Shown: one piece after another, positions 18,733 to 28,548 of the stretch | Position numbering within the stretch: position 1 is the first letter of the stretch | Layout of the letters: every line of letters starts with the position of its first letter | Virus record (IMG/VR): IMGVR_UViG_3300031993_000051 | DNA from: a virus | Taxonomy: Duplodnaviria; Heunggongvirae; Uroviricota; Caudoviricetes | DNA: 64,000 nucleotides | Direction: 5' to 3' (one strand) | The notes under the pieces: model-generated | Database searches by the model: none | The model's input: only the letters and a program-made list of their open reading frames with translations | Told to the model about the DNA's origin: nothing | Made by a program: the position numbers and the translations under genes

Positions 18733-19485
18733 ATGATTGATACAAATAGCATGTATGGTAATGTTCAAGAAGAACAGGATTCATTCGTTCAACTTCAGAA
18801 GCAACTTAAGCAGAAGGTTGAAGGTCAAAAGTTAACAGCAGAAGAAATTCAACTTCCAGATTTCCCGAAGGAATATAATCCAGAAACTGCACTTCAGACT
18901 ATGTTCAATATGCAGGAAGCACTTCAAAATATTCTTGCTGCAAAGCGTGGAACTTTGGCTCCGACAAATAAGGAAGATAATTTCAAGAATGCAGTTCGTT
19001 CTGGTTATTTTATGATGTCCACTGTTACTGAGATTTGGGAATTCTTTGACCAACTCAAGAAGGATAATTATGAAATTACTGACCTTGTTAAGTATGAAAT
19101 TATTGATGCTTGGCACTTCGTTATGAATCAGCTTCTTTATCTCAAGTATAAGCCAACATTTACACTTCCACAGCTTTACGATTTTGCTGTCGCTGATTTG
19201 AAGACTGGTACAATCGGTACTTCTGACCTTCATTATCTCGTCGGTGAATTCATTGAAGCAGTTGGTGAACTTTATCAGAATTCGAGTTATAAGGATTGGA
19301 AGACTTATAAGGAATGGAAGGAAGATCCTCTTAAGATTAAGGAACTTGGCGATACAATGTTGATTAAGTTCTTTAAGATTTTTGTAGCAATTAACCTTAC
19401 ACCTGATCAGATTTATCAGTTCTATTATAATAAGAACATCGAAAATGTCGAAAGACAGAAGGTCGGTGGAAGATACGAAAAGTAA
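18733..19485 (+). CDS. MazG-like all-alpha NTP pyrophosphohydrolase (putative)
   Basis: EIWE ... EIID spacing fits the ExxE-x(n)-ExxD metal-binding signature. Confidence 0.5.
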   Translation: MIDTNSMYGNVQEEQDSFVQLQKQLKQKVEGQKLTAEEIQLPDFPKEYNPETALQTMFNMQEALQNILAAKRGTLAPTNKEDNFKNAVRSGYFMMSTVTEIWEFFDQLKKDNYEITDLVKYEIIDAWHFVMNQLLYLKYKPTFTLPQLYDFAVADLKTGTIGTSDLHYLVGEFIEAVGELYQNSSYKDWKTYKEWKEDPLKIKELGDTMLIKFFKIFVAINLTPDQIYQFYYNKNIENVERQKVGGRYEK

Positions 19486-19550
19486 TTAAATTCTGACATT
19501 TTTATAAGAAGAGAAGATTTCATATCTTCTCTTTTTATTATAAATAATGT

Positions 19551-20699
19551 ATGGCAGTTAATGAAGATAAAAAATTATCAGATTATGAACTAAAGACTTT
19601 GAGAGAGCTTCAACAGTCTAGCAATACAGCATATGTTCCAGCATTTACTGATACCGAAAACTATAAATTTGATTCTAAAGAATTAAATGGACAAGTTTTA
19701 CAGGCTGGAACTAATGTAACTATTGATAATAATAACGTAATTCGTGCTACAGATACAAAATTAAAAAGTAGTGATAATATTTCTGTTACATCAAATAATA
19801 AATTAGTATATACTGGTCCTCAAGGAGAAGGAACAGATCTTGAAGAAGATAGTACAAATTTATCAATTGGAAGACAATCAGATGGTAAATATAAAGTAAA
19901 TCTTAATCTTGGCTATGGTTCAGAAGTAGCACAAGTTCATAGCGGTGCAACAACTTATAATTGTACTTCTACATTTTTTACTTCTTCAGATGGCGGTAAA
20001 TCAATAAAAGGTAATTTTGCAGGATTTGTAAATAATGCCATAACATTTGGTAGAGACCCAAATGAAGGTAATGTTCCAAATAGTAACCTTAATCTTGTTA
20101 TTAGTGAAGATATTTCTGTGCAATATTGGAATGGTGGTTCAACAGATAGATGGATTTTAGCTACTCCAGATGATGTATTATCATTTAAAAAAGTAAATGG
20201 AACATATCCACCTTATGCAAGTCGTGTTCGTGGTGATTATTATTCTCAGCTTATTTTTAATATGCCAAATATTGCTGCATTAACTTTACATACATGGTGG
20301 CTTCAACATGTAACTCATAGAGAGAATATTTTTGTTCAAGTTAATATGGGTGAAAGAATGAAGGCATTATATGTTTTTAATGGTATTGGAGATGATAATG
20401 AAGGTGCAAATTTTTATTTCTATCATAATGGATTAGTATATAAAAAAGAAAATGTAAGTAAAGGAACTTTTGTTAATATTGCTAATATAGTTAACTGGAA
20501 ATTATATACTGATTTATCTGGGTATGGAATTGAAAATGGTGCAGGCAACTCAAGACTAGTTAATTCATTACCTTTTACAACAAACACTAGAGGTGATGGT
20601 CAGGATGAATGGCTGATTTGCACAGTTCAAAGATTTTATTGTATACATGAAACAGTTAATAATAAACATAATTATTATTTTATTGAATCTATGTATTAA
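19551..20699 (+). CDS. fibre/structural paralog 1 (shared N-terminus)
   Basis: The N-terminal ~90 aa align with the next two ORFs (KKLSDYELKTLRELQ / KKLSSFETKTLSELK; NVTIDNNNVIRATDTK / NIQITNEGRVNATDTRY). The C-termini are unrelated. Confidence 0.45.
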   Translation: MAVNEDKKLSDYELKTLRELQQSSNTAYVPAFTDTENYKFDSKELNGQVLQAGTNVTIDNNNVIRATDTKLKSSDNISVTSNNKLVYTGPQGEGTDLEEDSTNLSIGRQSDGKYKVNLNLGYGSEVAQVHSGATTYNCTSTFFTSSDGGKSIKGNFAGFVNNAITFGRDPNEGNVPNSNLNLVISEDISVQYWNGGSTDRWILATPDDVLSFKKVNGTYPPYASRVRGDYYSQLIFNMPNIAALTLHTWWLQHVTHRENIFVQVNMGERMKALYVFNGIGDDNEGANFYFYHNGLVYKKENVSKGTFVNIANIVNWKLYTDLSGYGIENGAGNSRLVNSLPFTTNTRGDGQDEWLICTVQRFYCIHETVNNKHNYYFIESMY

Positions 20700-20708
20700 T
20701 GAGGATTT

Positions 20709-21842
20709 ATGGGAAAAATTAAAAGAAAGAAATTGTCATCATTTGAAACTAAAACACTATCTGAATTAAAAGAAATGGATGATAGAGGTAATAGCGTTTA
20801 TATCCCATATATTCAACCTATTGACAATAACTATAAGCATGAAATTTCAGAATGTGCAGAAAAATTAACTGCTGGTGAAAATATTCAGATAACTAACGAA
20901 GGGAGAGTAAACGCTACTGACACCCGTTATGTTGCTGGTGATAATATTGAAATTAGTTCTGATGGAAAAGTGTCTTATGTAGGTGATGCTCCACAAACAT
21001 ATGCAACAGGAAGAGGATTAAGATTAACAAATAATACTAATATTTTAGCATTAAACCTAGAAACAGATGGTGGGTCAACGTTTACATCGCAATATGGTTC
21101 AAAATTATCGCCTGTTACATTTAAAAATAATTACACATTAGAATTAGCTGGAAATGCAATGGATTCACTTTTTGTTCAAGTTGCAGATAGTGATAGAACC
21201 GACGGTTATAAAGTAATATGTTTAGATAATGATGGAATTACATTAAGAACTTCTTTAACTGCTACTGATACTAAAAAATATTATTGCATAAATGGTACTA
21301 CTCGTGCTTGGTATAAATCCGCACAACAACCGTCAGGATATACAAAAATAAGAACATCTGATTATACTCATTTTGCTATTGATGTAGGAAATATTGGTCT
21401 ATTATCAATGTCTGCTTTATTTTTACAAAGTCATAATAATAGAGAAACAATTATTAATATGTTAAATAGAACAAGTGATAAAGAACCTGATTTAATACTT
21501 GTAAATGATACGTCATATCAGGCTGATGCATTTATATATGAACAAGGTTTATTATCAGGTGCTACTAATATAAGTTTAAATACATCATCTGCAAATTATG
21601 CAACTATTGCAAAATTTGAAAACTCACAAAATAAATGGGTATCGTCATTTACTCCTAATTATTATATTAAGACTGATGGAACGACACGTGTTGCATTACC
21701 GCCATTTTGTGGAAATGTTTTATCAATGGTAAATGGTAGTACATATACTGGCTTATTTTCTACACTTAGATTTATTCCAGCTGTTTCACTAGATACAACA
21801 AATTCAAAAACAACTATATCAATGGTATCAATGGAGTATTAA
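20709..21842 (+). CDS. fibre/structural paralog 2
   Basis: See paralog 1. Confidence 0.45.
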   Translation: MGKIKRKKLSSFETKTLSELKEMDDRGNSVYIPYIQPIDNNYKHEISECAEKLTAGENIQITNEGRVNATDTRYVAGDNIEISSDGKVSYVGDAPQTYATGRGLRLTNNTNILALNLETDGGSTFTSQYGSKLSPVTFKNNYTLELAGNAMDSLFVQVADSDRTDGYKVICLDNDGITLRTSLTATDTKKYYCINGTTRAWYKSAQQPSGYTKIRTSDYTHFAIDVGNIGLLSMSALFLQSHNNRETIINMLNRTSDKEPDLILVNDTSYQADAFIYEQGLLSGATNISLNTSSANYATIAKFENSQNKWVSSFTPNYYIKTDGTTRVALPPFCGNVLSMVNGSTYTGLFSTLRFIPAVSLDTTNSKTTISMVSMEY

Positions 21843-21845
21843 ATT

Positions 21846-23384
21846 ATGGCAGGATGGAAACAAAATAATAAAAATGAATTAGTAAAATTAAATAGTTATA
21901 GTAAAACTGATACTACGGATGCCGAGATACCTGTTGTTATTCCAGATGCAGGTAAAAATGCAAGATTTAAAGTTACTGATTTAGCTCCTGTATATAAAGA
22001 TGATGAAAATAATTGTCTTAAAATAGAAGATGGTGTTATTTCTAAAACAGACACAACATATCAGTCAGGTGATGATGTTATAAAAGTTAATACTGTTGGT
22101 AATGAAAATATTATTAGTTGTGATGGTTTTGGTGGTAAAAAATATGTTGCAGGAACAGCAATCCAAGTAACTGAAACTACTAATACTACCACTAATAAAG
22201 CAACATTTTCAACGCTTAAATCCTCAGAAGATAAATTGATGGGTAATATCCAAACCTATCAAAAACATCAACCTACTTACAGAAAAAATAGTAAAACAGA
22301 ATTTGCTGGTTTTGCCAATTTATATGGTGTTATTGGAGACCCATGGTGGTCAGAATCATCACCAAATTCATATACAACAATTGCTAGAATTTCTGGTGGC
22401 AGAATTCATTGTTATAATAGTCAAATACAAGAAAAAACATATTATATAAATGGTGATACTTCATCAGATGGATTATATAAATTTAATCAATATGCAATAC
22501 ATATGGCACGTGTTGGTGGTATATATGTAGATTATGCTTTTTTAACAAATCATTTTAATCGTGAATTATATATTTCAAGAACATATACTCAATTTGATGC
22601 TAATCAAGGATCAAATTATGGTTGTAAATTTTATATAACAGAAAATTCTGGAAGTACTCGTAGACTTAGAGTTATAATTTATTCATGCGGTTATATTTGT
22701 GAAGGTTATTCAACTTCAAGCAATCCAGAAATTTGTTTACAAGATATTTGTTATTGGAATTGGTCTAATGGCCAAAATGGAAATAGTTTTAATTATATAT
22801 TAAGACCAATAGATTCTTCATATAAGTTAAGAGATTATGGTTATAATGCAGTTTCTGTTCCAATAGAAAATGATGGCGGTGGACATGCTTTTATTACTGG
22901 AGGGATATGGCAGCTTGATAAATATTATGATTCAAATAATATACCATGTACAGTAATGAATGATATATGGACAGAATGGGACTATAACTGGGTATATAAT
23001 GAAGTTATTGGTTGGATCCCTCAAATAATACAAGGAACAGGTGTATCATATAGCGCGCCAAAAACTATAACACAATATTCTAATTTTTATAAAACAGCAG
23101 ATCCTCGTTATAATTATTGGCAAACAGCAAATAAAATTAGAACAAAATATTGTTATAATACAGATGTTGCAACAATAATGACCCTATCTCCTGATAATGC
23201 AAATTATGGTAAATATTCAACAATTTTACATGAAGGTGAAGTTCATAGAAATTTTAATGAAGTATGTCCAATCTCATATGATGAATATTTTTCTAGTTTT
23301 AAATTTATGGTTAATGGATATGGCGTAACAACAGTAAATGGTAAAGATTATGATACTGTTTATTTAGTTGATATGAGAAACTAA
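21846..23384 (+). CDS. fibre/structural paralog 3
   Basis: N-terminal ...TDTTYQSGDDVIKVNTVGNENIISCDG... is related to paralogs 1 and 2. Long divergent C-terminus. Confidence 0.4.
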   Translation: MAGWKQNNKNELVKLNSYSKTDTTDAEIPVVIPDAGKNARFKVTDLAPVYKDDENNCLKIEDGVISKTDTTYQSGDDVIKVNTVGNENIISCDGFGGKKYVAGTAIQVTETTNTTTNKATFSTLKSSEDKLMGNIQTYQKHQPTYRKNSKTEFAGFANLYGVIGDPWWSESSPNSYTTIARISGGRIHCYNSQIQEKTYYINGDTSSDGLYKFNQYAIHMARVGGIYVDYAFLTNHFNRELYISRTYTQFDANQGSNYGCKFYITENSGSTRRLRVIIYSCGYICEGYSTSSNPEICLQDICYWNWSNGQNGNSFNYILRPIDSSYKLRDYGYNAVSVPIENDGGGHAFITGGIWQLDKYYDSNNIPCTVMNDIWTEWDYNWVYNEVIGWIPQIIQGTGVSYSAPKTITQYSNFYKTADPRYNYWQTANKIRTKYCYNTDVATIMTLSPDNANYGKYSTILHEGEVHRNFNEVCPISYDEYFSSFKFMVNGYGVTTVNGKDYDTVYLVDMRN

Positions 23385-24064
23385 TGAATATAGTAGTAAT
23401 TAATAAAAATCAAGAAGATAAAATTAATTTAATTGAAGACAAGATACATGAGTTTAATCATGTATTTTGTTTTGATAGGTATAAACCAGATACAACAGTT
23501 CCAGCTGTTTATAATACAGAAGGAACTGGATTCTTGGCAGGTAAATGTAGAGACATCGGTGCAGCATATTTTGACTATAAAGGAGATTTTTTATTTCTTG
23601 ATGGCGATAAAGTTCCAAAAGGTGATTTGAATATTATTCCTGAAATCGGTGCAGACTGTGTTTTACTTGGTGTTGGTAAAAATGATCATCGCCGATTTAT
23701 GCAGCAAGAAAATATAACGAAAGAATATAATTGGGATGAAGGTTTCGATTGTAAAAATCCGTTAAACTTTGTATATAGTTGCGGTATTTATCTTTCTCAG
23801 AAAGCAGTAGATTTAATGAGAAAAATAAACGGTGGCAGGATATTTCATCCTTGTTTTGATGGAACTTGGGGAGATGAAGACCGTTGGATTGGTGATGTTT
23901 TAGGTTTTTATAAAATTCCGATTTTTTATACTACAAAGGTAACTCTATCAGGACATATTACTTCTACTAGAGAAGACCCGATGTCGGAAAAAGCACAGAA
24001 TTTACATATAAACATGATAAAACGAATTCATTTGAGGCAGGAAAAGTTGGGATTACAGTTCTAA
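23384..24064 (+). CDS. hypothetical protein
   Basis: 226-aa ORF that overlaps the preceding stop (ATGA). Confidence 0.4.
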   Translation: MNIVVINKNQEDKINLIEDKIHEFNHVFCFDRYKPDTTVPAVYNTEGTGFLAGKCRDIGAAYFDYKGDFLFLDGDKVPKGDLNIIPEIGADCVLLGVGKNDHRRFMQQENITKEYNWDEGFDCKNPLNFVYSCGIYLSQKAVDLMRKINGGRIFHPCFDGTWGDEDRWIGDVLGFYKIPIFYTTKVTLSGHITSTREDPMSEKAQNLHINMIKRIHLRQEKLGLQF

Positions 24065-24101
24065 TTTTTTATAAATAATATAAAATTATTAAGGAGAAAA
24101 A

Positions 24102-25388
24102 ATGAATTTAAATGAAGCAAGAGATATTCTCGGTAAATGTGGATATTCATTTTTGAAGGAATCTACAGAATTAACCAGAGATATTATGCTTAAATATGCT
24201 AAGCAATTAGCACAGCAAAATGATAAAATTGGTATTATCAAAGGAAAAAATCCGGAAGATGGCGATTTTGATATAATCATTTATTATAATAATGATAAGA
24301 TTAAAGTCGCATCATATAAGGGTTATGAAAATGAATTTTATGTAAGGGAATTTAAGAGTTCTTTATCTGGAATGCCAATAAAGAAAGTTGAAACCTTAGA
24401 AGAATTACGTTCATATATTGGTTCTACATTGAAATATATGGAAAAATATAAAGAAGACAACAATAATCAATACAAGACAAGTGTCGAAGATATTGAAAAA
24501 GATAAGGAAGAATGGGCTAACAACATGGATCAAAACGAATCATTAAAACTTAAAAAGGCATTACAGTTCCTTGCTGAATGCGGTTATACAATCAGTAAAG
24601 ATACAAGAATTGACGAAATGTCCCGTGCATCTGACCGTGTTCTTGGTCATGATTCTGCAGAAAACTTGCTTTATATGCTTGCTGACTGGAAGAAACAGTA
24701 TGACAGAACTGGTAAGAATGCTACATTAGGTCAATTTGCCAAATTTGTTCAAGATAATGGCATTAGTTGGGACTTAATTAGTGGTCTCAGCTTACCAGGA
24801 TTACCAAGAACAGAACCTCCTACACGTTCATCTAGGAGAATTGATTTGGAAGCTATTATTGCTTCTTTACAAGGTCAGCTTGGACAAGATGTTAGCGATG
24901 TTCGTAACCGTGTTGACCGTGGCAAGGATGATTATGATAGATTAATCGACACCTTCTGGGATTATTATGAAAAGAACCGTGATGGTGAAGATGTTTCTGC
25001 ACTTGTTGATTCTGAAAATTTCCAGGCACTCATTAGATTGTTTGCTGAAGAACCAGAAACTGCACAGGAAGTCTTTGGTAGAAACTATGACAAGGCTAAT
25101 AGCAAGTTACAGAGATTTATTAATCCTGATTCCGCAGCTGCTTTGATTGGCGAATTCTGGGATTGGTATTATGCTAAGAAGGCTGGTCGTGACATTGACT
25201 TCGATCCAGAAAAGGCAGAAAAGATTGCAGACTTGCTTGAAACCCCGAATGCTAAGGATGAAATTTTCGGCGGTAACGGTTCTTACTATACTGTTCTTAG
25301 AACAATTAGTAACATTGTTGGTAGACAGCTTGGTCAGAGAGATGCAGACTTCGATTACGATTCTTTGAATGGTGATTTGAGCCTCTAA
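24102..25388 (+). CDS. protein with two SAP/HeH-like motifs
   Basis: MNLNEARDILGKCGYSFL at the N-terminus and a second copy, LKLKKALQFLAECGYTIS, around residue 145. Strong SD AAGGAGA. Confidence 0.5.
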   Translation: MNLNEARDILGKCGYSFLKESTELTRDIMLKYAKQLAQQNDKIGIIKGKNPEDGDFDIIIYYNNDKIKVASYKGYENEFYVREFKSSLSGMPIKKVETLEELRSYIGSTLKYMEKYKEDNNNQYKTSVEDIEKDKEEWANNMDQNESLKLKKALQFLAECGYTISKDTRIDEMSRASDRVLGHDSAENLLYMLADWKKQYDRTGKNATLGQFAKFVQDNGISWDLISGLSLPGLPRTEPPTRSSRRIDLEAIIASLQGQLGQDVSDVRNRVDRGKDDYDRLIDTFWDYYEKNRDGEDVSALVDSENFQALIRLFAEEPETAQEVFGRNYDKANSKLQRFINPDSAAALIGEFWDWYYAKKAGRDIDFDPEKAEKIADLLETPNAKDEIFGGNGSYYTVLRTISNIVGRQLGQRDADFDYDSLNGDLSL

Positions 25389-25416
25389 TATATCGTTTCA
25401 GACAACATTAAATAAA

Positions 25417-25450
25417 AAGGGTTGACGGCAGTCACCCTTTTTGCTATATT
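25417..25450 (+). promoter_or_regulatory. terminator hairpin with nested sigma-A-type promoter (TTGACg-N19-TATATT)
   Basis: agggTTGACggcagtcaccc hairpin, T-run, then gcTATATTTAgg. Precedes the membrane-protein/flotillin operon. Confidence 0.45.
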
Positions 25451-25477
25451 TAGGAAAAACTTACAAGGAGATATAAA

Positions 25478-25969
25478 ATGATAGTAATCGCTTGGACGAT
25501 TGTTGGTTTAACTGCACTTTTCATTATCTGCAGCTGCATAAAGAGTTGCGTCAGAATGGCAACAATGGAACGCTTTAAAAACGTTCCCATTCAGACACCT
25601 ACCTTAATTGCAGATAAGAATAAGATTATTCAGTCATTATTTGATGATGACGCTGAAAAGTTTTTCAAATATAAAGGTATAACATTCTGGTATTATAAGG
25701 ATTCAAAGGATTACTTTGAAAAGCAGAGTTTTAGTGTTGCTGATGTAAAGAATAAGATTGCACAGAAGTATGATGAACTCAAACAAGAACATCCAGGAAT
25801 TACAGATTTTTTTGTTTCCATGACAAAACAAAATAATTATTTGACATGGGAATTTGATCCGATTGACTTAAACTCTTATGTTCCGCCAAAGTCAACTAAG
25901 GATATTTGTATCGATGAGCTTAACAAATTAATAGAAAACAATGAAATAAAGGAAAAACATGACATCTAA
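25478..25969 (+). CDS. membrane protein (possible NfeD-like partner of the flotillin)
   Basis: N-terminal TM helix. Its stop overlaps the start of the flotillin gene. Operon context as in floT/nfeD pairs. Confidence 0.35.
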   Translation: MIVIAWTIVGLTALFIICSCIKSCVRMATMERFKNVPIQTPTLIADKNKIIQSLFDDDAEKFFKYKGITFWYYKDSKDYFEKQSFSVADVKNKIAQKYDELKQEHPGITDFFVSMTKQNNYLTWEFDPIDLNSYVPPKSTKDICIDELNKLIENNEIKEKHDI

Positions 25970-27557
25970 TATGATCTACCCAATACTTATCGGAATTGCA
26001 GTAATTGCTTTAAGTATTCTCTTTTTTGCGTCTTATATCAAAGCCGCACCAGATGAAGTTAAAATCATCTCTGGTTTCCGACAACTAAGGACAATTATCG
26101 GACATTCAGGATTTAGAATTCCGTTCCTTGAACAAGTCGATACTTTAAGTCTAAAGCTTATTCCAATCGACGTTAAGACTTCTGGTATTCCAACGTCAGA
26201 TTATATTAATATCGCAGTTGATGCAGTTGTTCAGGTCAAAATTTCTGATGAAACAGCTGATATTAAGGTTGCTGCACAGAACTTCTTAAATAAGAATCCA
26301 GATGAAATTAAGAAGATGATTACTGAAGTTCTTGAAGCAAACATGAGAGAGATTGTTGGTCAGATGGAACTTATCAAGCTTGTTAACGATAGACAACAGG
26401 TTTCTAAGAAGGTTCTTGAAAATGCTTCTCCAGACTTAAAGAAACTCGGTATTGTTATTCAAACATTTAATATTCAGAACTTCTCTGATACAGCAAAGGT
26501 TATTGAAAACCTCGGTGTTGATAAGGCAGTTGCAATTCAGAAAGCAGCAGCAATTTCTAGGGCTAATGCAGAAAGAGACGTTAAGATTGCTCAGGCTGAA
26601 GCAGCTAAGGAAGCAAACGACGCACAAGTTGCATCTAATCTTGAAATCGCACAGAAGCAGAATGATCTCGAAGTTAAGAAGGCTGACCTTAAGAGAATTT
26701 CTGATAGTAAGAAGGCTGAAGCTGACGCTGCTTACGAAATTCAGAAGCAAGAACAGCAAAAGACCATTAACATCGCAGCTGCTGCAGCTGAAGTTGCAAA
26801 GCAGGAAAAGCAGATTGAAATTCGTGAAAGAATGGTAGCTGTTAGACAGAAGGAACTCGAAGCTGAAATCCAGAAGAAGGCAGAAGCAGAAAAGCAAGCA
26901 CAAATTCAGAAGTCTGATGCTGACCTTTATAGACAACAGAAGGAAGCTGAAGCAGCACTCTTCACACAGAAGCAACAGGCTGAAGCTATTAAGGCTAAGG
27001 CTGAAGCTGATAAGCAAAAAGCATTCGCTGAAGCTGCAGCAACTAAGGCTAAGGGTGAAGCAGAAGCTGATGCTGTAAAGGCTAAGGGTCTTGCAGAAGC
27101 AGCAGCACTTGACCAGAAGGCTGAAGCTATGAAGAAGTATGGTGATGCAGCAAGACAGGAAATGCAGCTCAGAACTATTGAAAAGTATTTCGAACAGTTA
27201 CCAGCTATTGCAAGTGCCGTTGCAAAACCGATGGAAAAGATTGGCAATATCAATATGTATGGTGAAAGCGGTACAGCTAAGCTCACTGGCGATATTACCA
27301 AGACACTTACACAAGTTTCTAGTGGTTTAACTGATTCTCTTGGTATTGATCTTAAGACTGTTCTCGGTTCTATGTTCGGTGCACATCTTGCTGGACTCGA
27401 AAAGAAACCGTCGCAGGTCCCTGTTGAAGTTGCAAAGAACGATCCAGCAGTTCCAGCTACCCCGGCTCAAGCTACTCCAGTAGAATCTCCGGTTCAAATG
27501 TCTCAATCTGATATTGAACAAGCAGCAGCCGCTTTTCTTAGAAAGCGTAAGCACTAA
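25959..27557 (+). CDS. flotillin-like SPFH protein (FloT/YqiK-like)
   Basis: N-terminal TM helix, SPFH core, and a long Ala/Glu/Lys/Gln-rich coiled-coil (EA repeats) typical of flotillins. Confidence 0.7.
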   Translation: MTSNMIYPILIGIAVIALSILFFASYIKAAPDEVKIISGFRQLRTIIGHSGFRIPFLEQVDTLSLKLIPIDVKTSGIPTSDYINIAVDAVVQVKISDETADIKVAAQNFLNKNPDEIKKMITEVLEANMREIVGQMELIKLVNDRQQVSKKVLENASPDLKKLGIVIQTFNIQNFSDTAKVIENLGVDKAVAIQKAAAISRANAERDVKIAQAEAAKEANDAQVASNLEIAQKQNDLEVKKADLKRISDSKKAEADAAYEIQKQEQQKTINIAAAAAEVAKQEKQIEIRERMVAVRQKELEAEIQKKAEAEKQAQIQKSDADLYRQQKEAEAALFTQKQQAEAIKAKAEADKQKAFAEAAATKAKGEAEADAVKAKGLAEAAALDQKAEAMKKYGDAARQEMQLRTIEKYFEQLPAIASAVAKPMEKIGNINMYGESGTAKLTGDITKTLTQVSSGLTDSLGIDLKTVLGSMFGAHLAGLEKKPSQVPVEVAKNDPAVPATPAQATPVESPVQMSQSDIEQAAAAFLRKRKH

Positions 27558-27670
27558 TAAGAAATAGTTTAAATAAAAAGATCAGACTTATGTCTGGTCT
27601 TTTTGTTGTATTTTTAAAAAATTAAAATATTTTTACATTTAATAAATAAGAAAATAGAAAAATACTATAT

Positions 27671-28546
27671 TTGTTATTGAATATGAGAACAATCCAGACA
27701 ATACAAAATCAATATGATAATATCATGAAGCCATTAGTATGGTCGGATAAAGTTGCAAAGAATTTTTTGAATTGTATAAAAAATCCAATTGTAGTAGAAA
27801 AGAAAGACATGATACCACAATGGAAGATTTGTACAGTTACCGACACTAAAAGACGAACTGAAAGTATTGGTTCTACTGATGTTTTAATTTTAGATTATGA
27901 TGATCCGAATTATAGCATAAAGGAATTTGAAGATAGTTTTAGAGAATATTTCTATGTATTACATACTTCACATTCTTATGATGGAACAAACCAGAAGTTC
28001 AGAGTATTTTTGTTTCTTGATAAAGAATATGATATAAATAGAATGTTTTATAAATGTTTTAATCAAGCATTTAGTCCATATCATTTTCTTGTAAATTATT
28101 TTCCACATGCAGATAAGGCATCATTCGTTAGAGCACAGTTCTTTAAGGTTCCTTGTGTAAAATATAAAGGAGCACCTTATTATTACAGTTGTCATAATGG
28201 TAAGTTATTTGACCCTGCTAGTGCAATCGGGTTTGAATTTAGAATGGCTTATGAATATTGTGTAGAGAAACAAGAAGAACATCTTAAGCAACTTGAAAAA
28301 CGAGCAAAATGGTATCGCAAGATGCATGGTTCAATCGATTTAACGAATGCAAAACAATATATAAATGAAAAGATTGAAACATGTGAAGCTGGTGGTAGAC
28401 ATATGCAGATTTTAGGTCTGGCATGTTGGTTTAAGAAGATTGGCGGAACGTTTAAAGAATTTGAGGAAATAATGCCATCATGGGCTGATAAAGGTTTCCA
28501 TAAACAGATGGAACATATTAGACATGAATGGGATAGATTTAGGTAA
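27671..28546 (+). CDS. archaeo-eukaryotic primase (AEP/PrimPol)-like protein (tentative)
   Basis: Candidate AEP motifs: I VLILDYDD (DxD), II YVLHTSHS, III RVFLFLD. No DnaG-type primase elsewhere in the window. Confidence 0.3.
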   Translation: MLLNMRTIQTIQNQYDNIMKPLVWSDKVAKNFLNCIKNPIVVEKKDMIPQWKICTVTDTKRRTESIGSTDVLILDYDDPNYSIKEFEDSFREYFYVLHTSHSYDGTNQKFRVFLFLDKEYDINRMFYKCFNQAFSPYHFLVNYFPHADKASFVRAQFFKVPCVKYKGAPYYYSCHNGKLFDPASAIGFEFRMAYEYCVEKQEEHLKQLEKRAKWYRKMHGSIDLTNAKQYINEKIETCEAGGRHMQILGLACWFKKIGGTFKEFEEIMPSWADKGFHKQMEHIRHEWDRFR

Positions 28547-28548
28547 TT

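Noticed and set aside
26436-27330. Several antisense or alternate-frame ORFs inside the flotillin gene (26436..27017 -, 26452..26838 +, 26927..27301 -, 27139..27330 +)
   Set aside because: They are artefacts of the GCT/GAA-rich coiled-coil coding region. The flotillin frame has strong domain evidence.
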